DNA of 57,974 bases from Patescibacteria group bacterium (GTDB taxonomy: Bacteria > Patescibacteriota > Minisyncoccia > Phycocordibacterales > UBA12079). Location of the stretch: NCBI GenBank assembly GCA_043800905.1, contig JAZDMO010000003.1, forward strand, positions 1-57,974. Reading direction: 5' to 3'. The stretch's first letter is position 1. Every line of letters begins with the position of its first letter. The position numbers were made by a program, and so were the translations under genes. The notes beneath the pieces are model-generated. The model worked only from the letters and a program-made list of their open reading frames with translations, was not told the DNA's origin and made no database searches. Of the stretch, positions 53,769 through 57,974 are shown piece by piece.

Positions 53769-55235
53769 ATGAATTTCACTAAAACAGATTTTAAAAAATA
53801 TCTCATTTGTCCTGAGTGTTTGTGGTTGGAAAAGAAAAAACCAGAAGAATACCAAAAAGGAGAAATTGATGAATTTTTGCAAAAATTAATTGATGACGGT
53901 TATGAGGTTGAGGAATATGTTAAAAAAATGTTTCCTTCAGCAGTGATTTTGGCTGGCTCCGAAGATTATTTAATTAAAAGAACTCAAGAAGAAATTCCAA
54001 AACAAGGAATTATATTTCAACCAACTTTTAAAACTAAAAGAAATCTTTTGGCTCGAGTGGATATGTTGCGTTTCAATGACGAAATTAAAAAATGGGATAT
54101 TTATGAAATCAAATCTAGTTCAGAAATTAAAACTGATGTAATGCACAATCACATTAAAGATGTGGCTTTTCAGAAATTAGTTTTGCAGGAAAGTGGTTTA
54201 GAAATAGGAGATTGTTATATTGTCCATTTAAATCGTGATTATATTAGAAAGGGCGAACTGGATTATGTAAAATTATTTGTGTTTGCTAATGTAAACGAAG
54301 CCGTAGAAAATGATTACCCTGAAGTTTATTATCATGTAGATAAGGCCTTAGAACTGTTGGTTCAGGATGATTTACATTTTTCTTCTTGTTCTTGTTTGTA
54401 TAAAAGTGCTGGGCAGAGATGTGATTGTTTCGCTCATTTTAATCCGCAGGTACCAGAATATTCCACCGCTCATATTTTGCGAGGAAAGAAATTAACTGAA
54501 TTAGTAGATATGGATATTTTTGATCCCAAAGGCATTCCAGAAGATTTTAAATTAACTGAACCACAAAGAATAAAAGTGCAATTACAAAAAATTGGAAAAA
54601 TTCAAATAGACGCAAACAGTATTCAAGAAACTTTGAATCAATTAGTTTACCCGCTTTATTTTCTAGACTATGAAACTATTTTAAAACCCATTCCACCTTT
54701 AGATGGTTATAATCCCAATTCGCAGATAGTTTTTCAATATTCACTTCATGTTTTGGAAGAAAACGGAGAGATGCAACATTTTGAATATTTAGCTCAAGAT
54801 TTAGAAAGCTCTACTGAAGCCTTAGTAAAATCATTATCGGAAAACATTGGTCCTAAAGGAAATGTAATTGTGTGGCATAAGACTTTTGAAAAAGGAAGAA
54901 ATGATGAATTAGCTAAATTACATCCAGAATACAAAAACTTTTTTCAAGATATAAATAAGCGAATTTTTGATTTAAAAGAAGTTTTTCAAAAAGATTATTT
55001 AGATCCGCGAGCTTTTGGAAGTGCTTCTATTAAAAAAATCTTACCTTTATTAGTACCCGAACTTTCCTATAAAAATTTAGCGGTGCAAAATGGAACTATG
55101 GCTATGTCTGCTTGGGAAAAAATGTTAAAGGAAAGTGGGGAAGAAAAGGAACAAACTCGAAAAGATATGTTAGAATATTGTGCTTTAGATACTATGGCAA
55201 TGGTTAAGATTTTTGAAGTGGTGAAAAAACTTTAA
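53769..55235 (+). CDS. DUF2779-type protein: Cas4-like PD-(D/E)XK nuclease N-domain plus RNase-H-fold (DnaQ-like) C-domain
   Basis: N-terminal Cys (LICPEC) plus CSC...C.C cluster. YEIKSS nuclease-like motif. C-terminal YFLDYET ... HKTFE ... CALDT exonuclease-like motifs. Confidence 0.65.
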   Translation: MNFTKTDFKKYLICPECLWLEKKKPEEYQKGEIDEFLQKLIDDGYEVEEYVKKMFPSAVILAGSEDYLIKRTQEEIPKQGIIFQPTFKTKRNLLARVDMLRFNDEIKKWDIYEIKSSSEIKTDVMHNHIKDVAFQKLVLQESGLEIGDCYIVHLNRDYIRKGELDYVKLFVFANVNEAVENDYPEVYYHVDKALELLVQDDLHFSSCSCLYKSAGQRCDCFAHFNPQVPEYSTAHILRGKKLTELVDMDIFDPKGIPEDFKLTEPQRIKVQLQKIGKIQIDANSIQETLNQLVYPLYFLDYETILKPIPPLDGYNPNSQIVFQYSLHVLEENGEMQHFEYLAQDLESSTEALVKSLSENIGPKGNVIVWHKTFEKGRNDELAKLHPEYKNFFQDINKRIFDLKEVFQKDYLDPRAFGSASIKKILPLLVPELSYKNLAVQNGTMAMSAWEKMLKESGEEKEQTRKDMLEYCALDTMAMVKIFEVVKKL

Positions 55236-55307
55236 ATATTTAAAAATAAAACCCAGTCTCGGCTGACCAAAGGTCAGTGGGACTGGGCTTTTCATACAGT
55301 TGAATTT

Positions 55308-55610
55308 TTATATTAACTGATTAAAAAGGTTTTTAACATTGGAACCGAGTAGTTGAAAAAAAATTGCTTGCTTGGATGGTTCTAAAAGAGAAAGTCTGTC
55401 GAAGATTTCCTCAGCTGTTTCTGTTGCTTCAAAACCTGCAATTGGAACGAATTCTTCTGGAGAGGCAAGAATATCTTTTCCATCGTAGCTGACATAAATT
55501 ATTGCCAGTTTTTCTTCGATATCTTTCTTTCCAATGAGGATTACTTGTTCTCCATCAACAGAAAAGGTTGTTCCTAGTGGGGCGGTTTTAAAAAAAACTT
55601 TTTGATCCAT
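55308..55610 (-). CDS. Hypothetical protein (100 aa)
   Basis: ORF with no recognisable motif. Confidence 0.45.
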   Translation of the reverse strand: MDQKVFFKTAPLGTTFSVDGEQVILIGKKDIEEKLAIIYVSYDGKDILASPEEFVPIAGFEATETAEEIFDRLSLLEPSKQAIFFQLLGSNVKNLFNQLI

Positions 55611-55692
55611 TTAAAATTTCCTTTTTGATTTTTGTTAAGAGCTGTTTTTTACCAGACGACACTATAACATAATGATTTTGTTTTGTGAAGAT

Positions 55693-56547
55693 TTAAATGT
55701 TTTTGGAGATTTCTATTTCAGACCCTCCCTCTGGAATTATTTTTTCAATTATAAGTCTATTATCTTTTAGTTTGGCTTGAGTGATTATGTTTCTTTTGTT
55801 GTTTTCAAAATAATGAGCCTTTGGCCATTTGTCAAAGGCTTGGATTTTAAGAAAGTTTTTTTCTGGATTATCATTTAAATCAATTAGTGCATCAGAAGAT
55901 TTTAATTTATCGCAAAAGGTAGCTTTGTCGTGGTTTTGTTCTTGGGGAATAATTTCACCACTTAACCATTTTGAGATACTATTTCCAAGTAATTTAGCTC
56001 CTAGCTGAGCGAGAGTTTTTTCTAATTCTGATTGAGTGGGCATTTCTGAAATAGAATTTTTCCATAAAGTAATTTTCTCTTGGGTTAAAATTGGTCCATG
56101 ATCCATTTTTTCATCTAACAGGATAATAGACACACCTGTCTCTTTGTCTCCATTTAAAATCGCTGAATGAATAGGAGTTGCTCCTCGGTGAAGAGGTAAT
56201 AAAGAAGGATGTACATTTAAAGTTCCTTTGGTTGGAATATTTAAAATTTCTTGAGGAATAATATTGCCGTAAGCAGCCACAATAAATAAATCCCAGTTTT
56301 CTGATTTTAATTTATTGATAAATTCTTCATCTAGTTTTTCTGGTTGTAGAGTTGGGATTTGATTTGCATCCGCCCAAATTTTAACAGGTGGGGGAGTTAA
56401 AATCATTTTTCGCCCAGCTTTTCTATCTGGTTGAGTAATAATCAAATCAGGCAATATTTCATTGTTTTTTAATTCTTGGAGAATATCCACTGCAAACTCA
56501 GGGCTACCAAAAAAGGCTATGTGGGGTTTGTTTTTTGTTTCATTCAT
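55693..56547 (-). CDS. fmt: Methionyl-tRNA formyltransferase
   Basis: IAFFGSPEFAV, TQPDRKAGR, HPSLLPLHRG motifs. Confidence 0.9.
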   Translation of the reverse strand: MNETKNKPHIAFFGSPEFAVDILQELKNNEILPDLIITQPDRKAGRKMILTPPPVKIWADANQIPTLQPEKLDEEFINKLKSENWDLFIVAAYGNIIPQEILNIPTKGTLNVHPSLLPLHRGATPIHSAILNGDKETGVSIILLDEKMDHGPILTQEKITLWKNSISEMPTQSELEKTLAQLGAKLLGNSISKWLSGEIIPQEQNHDKATFCDKLKSSDALIDLNDNPEKNFLKIQAFDKWPKAHYFENNKRNIITQAKLKDNRLIIEKIIPEGGSEIEISKNI

Positions 56548-56549
56548 AA

Positions 56550-57377
56550 TTAAAATGGGCTTTTAATATTTTTTAATAAAGGATTGGTCACTTGAGTATA
56601 AATTTGGGTTGTTCTTATATTACTATGTCCTAACAATTCTTGCACATATCTAACATCAACTCCGTTTTCTAACAAGTGAGTAGCAAAACTATGTCTAAGT
56701 GAGTGAAAGGTGGCGTCTTTTTTAATTTTAGATTTTTCTAAAGATTTTTTAAAAATTTCTTGAAAAGAACGAGTTGTTAATTTTCCTCCACGGTTAGATT
56801 CAAAAACGATGTCATCGGCTTGTTTATTAAAAATAATGTTTTGTATGTCGGTTGATAATTTTTGAGAAAAAGTAGTGATTCTATCTTTTTTACCTTTTGC
56901 ATTTTTAATATGAACTATATTTTCTTTTAAATTTATATCTTTTACTTTTAAATTTTGAATTTCACTAATTCTTAAACCTCCGGCATAGGCTAGAGCAATA
57001 GCTGTCCGGTATTTTATATTTGAGGTATTTCCTAAAATTTCTTTTATTTCTTCTCTTGTTAAAACAATAGGTAGTTTTTTATTTCTTTTTGAAAATTTTA
57101 AATCAATTTTTCCGTTATCTTTTAATATTTCTTTATAAAAAAATTTAATTGAATTTAGAGCCAGATTTACTGTTTGAGGAGATTGTTTCTTTTCAAATTT
57201 TTCTAATAAAAAATTCTCAATGGCTTCTTTTTTGTTTTTAATATTTCTCTTTTTAGAGAAAATTAAAAACTGTTTGATATATAATAAGTAAGATTTTATA
57301 GTTTTAGGACTATAATTTCTTAATTTTAATAAATTTTTAGTTTGTTTTAATAATTTATCCATGATAAAATTATTCAA
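56550..57377 (-). CDS. Tyrosine recombinase / integrase (XerC/XerD-like)
   Basis: SAM-like N-domain. Catalytic ARG ... HSLRHSFATHLL ... LLGHSNIRTTQIYTQV. Confidence 0.85.
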   Translation of the reverse strand: MNNFIMDKLLKQTKNLLKLRNYSPKTIKSYLLYIKQFLIFSKKRNIKNKKEAIENFLLEKFEKKQSPQTVNLALNSIKFFYKEILKDNGKIDLKFSKRNKKLPIVLTREEIKEILGNTSNIKYRTAIALAYAGGLRISEIQNLKVKDINLKENIVHIKNAKGKKDRITTFSQKLSTDIQNIIFNKQADDIVFESNRGGKLTTRSFQEIFKKSLEKSKIKKDATFHSLRHSFATHLLENGVDVRYVQELLGHSNIRTTQIYTQVTNPLLKNIKSPF

Positions 57378-57514
57378 AATAAAGGTCGAATTGATTTGTA
57401 AAATATAATACTAAATATTCGTATTTAATACAAATTTTATATTTTTATCCGAAAATAACTTCGCATAAAAACGAGTTAGGCGACATTTTTTTCAAATTAT
57501 TTTTTGCTCACAAG

Positions 57515-57547
57515 AAAAAAGAGCGTCAACTGTTAAGTCAACGCTCT
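57515..57547 (-). terminator. Intrinsic terminator after the small membrane-protein gene
   Basis: Minus strand: AGAGCGT...ACGCTCT followed by TTTTTT. Confidence 0.5.
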
Positions 57548-57571
57548 GGGTTTGAACCGGATCTGCTCTCG

Positions 57572-57700
57572 TTATTTCTCTTTTTTTTCCAGAATTTTCC
57601 GGATTTTTTCCAGTTCCGATACTACAAAATAAAAGCCACTGATGAGCACGATTGTCTGCCATGCGATTTGAATACATGCGATTTGAATAATTTCTCCCAT
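57572..57700 (-). CDS. Small hydrophobic protein (42 aa)
   Basis: ATG at 57700 is preceded by AAGGAGG 7 nt upstream. MGEIIQIACIQIAWQTIVLISGFYFVVSELEKIRKILEKKEK has one TM-like segment. Confidence 0.5.
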   Translation of the reverse strand: MGEIIQIACIQIAWQTIVLISGFYFVVSELEKIRKILEKKEK

Positions 57701-57800
57701 TTTGTACCTCCTTAAAGGTTTTATTAAAGAGCAGATCCTCACAATAGCGAGAAACCACCCTTTTTGGGTTAAAAGACGATTTCTCAACTATTGACATTTT

Positions 57801-57829
57801 AGTATAGCAGATAACGGCTAATATGTCAA
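57801..57829 (-). promoter_or_regulatory. Near-consensus sigma-70 promoter driving the small ORF with an approximately 95-nt leader
   Basis: Minus strand: TTGACA, 17 nt, TATACT. Confidence 0.45.
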
Positions 57830-57893
57830 GTCCACCGTAATATCCCAATAGCTTGGAAACACTTTTAACAAAAAAGTGTAATATTCAAGCATT

Positions 57894-57974
57894 ATGTATA
57901 CAAAGAATCCAAATATGCCTAAAGTTCGTAGAGATGCAGCTCACATGGTCTACAAAGGCTATGGAGTAAGAACT
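57894..57974 (+). CDS. 5' end of an ORF running off the window; possibly an HTH/transposase-like N-terminus
   Basis: MYTKNPNMPKVRRDAAHMVYKGYGVRT. Only 27 codons are visible. The resemblance to IS-type HTH N-termini is from memory only. Confidence 0.25.
   Translation, partial: MYTKNPNMPKVRRDAAHMVYKGYGVRT

Noticed and set aside
1-57974. Search for tRNA, rRNA, tmRNA, RNase P and SRP RNA signatures in all intergenic regions.
   Set aside because: I found no cloverleaf-compatible sequences (no GTTCRANNC T-loop context with an acceptor stem) and no hallmark motifs. Absence by eye is not proof; tRNAscan or cmscan would settle it.

Overview
AT-rich bacterial chromosomal window, roughly one-third GC by eye. 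The gene content looks like a reduced-genome Patescibacteria/CPR-type organism (inference): small housekeeping genes, a split transketolase, four-helix-bundle proteins, Y1/RAYT-like transposases, giant repeat surface proteins and no biosynthetic clusters. Positions 1-23 kb form an accessory surface-protein island. It holds two GNVGIGTT-repeat tail-fibre-like proteins (one 2560 aa), two LamG-domain proteins, an Ig-like/DUF5011 protein, MazF/PemK-like toxins, and NYN and PD-(D/E)XK nucleases. Positions 23-57 kb are core genes: gap-rpiB-rpe-tktN, mnmA, frr, rseP, proS, mreB-mreC-(mreD)-PBP2, greA, lysS, rpsP, an MFS transporter, rpoB-rpoC-dnaG-rpoD, fmt and a xerC-like recombinase. I found no rRNA, tRNA or CRISPR array. 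The most unusual content is non-coding. (1) About 25 copies of a modular palindromic element have fixed termini (CTGGATTGCCAC ... CGCAATGACG) around hypervariable but always self-complementary cargo. They occur in both orientations and often as 108-134 bp inverted pairs; one pair (in the giant protein) and one single 35-bp unit (in mnmA) sit in frame inside protein-coding genes. (2) A 20-bp GC palindrome is nested at one fixed position of those termini, with matching empty and filled sites. (3) Two divergent RAYT-like Y1 transposase genes each carry a private hairpin in their flank(s) and again, in frame, inside their own coding sequence. (4) A GC-rich 24-mer encoding GNVGIGTT is conserved at synonymous sites across many repeats. 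(5) Three MazF-like genes have no protein antitoxin but share a conserved structured 3' module. All functional readings are hypotheses from sequence inspection only.
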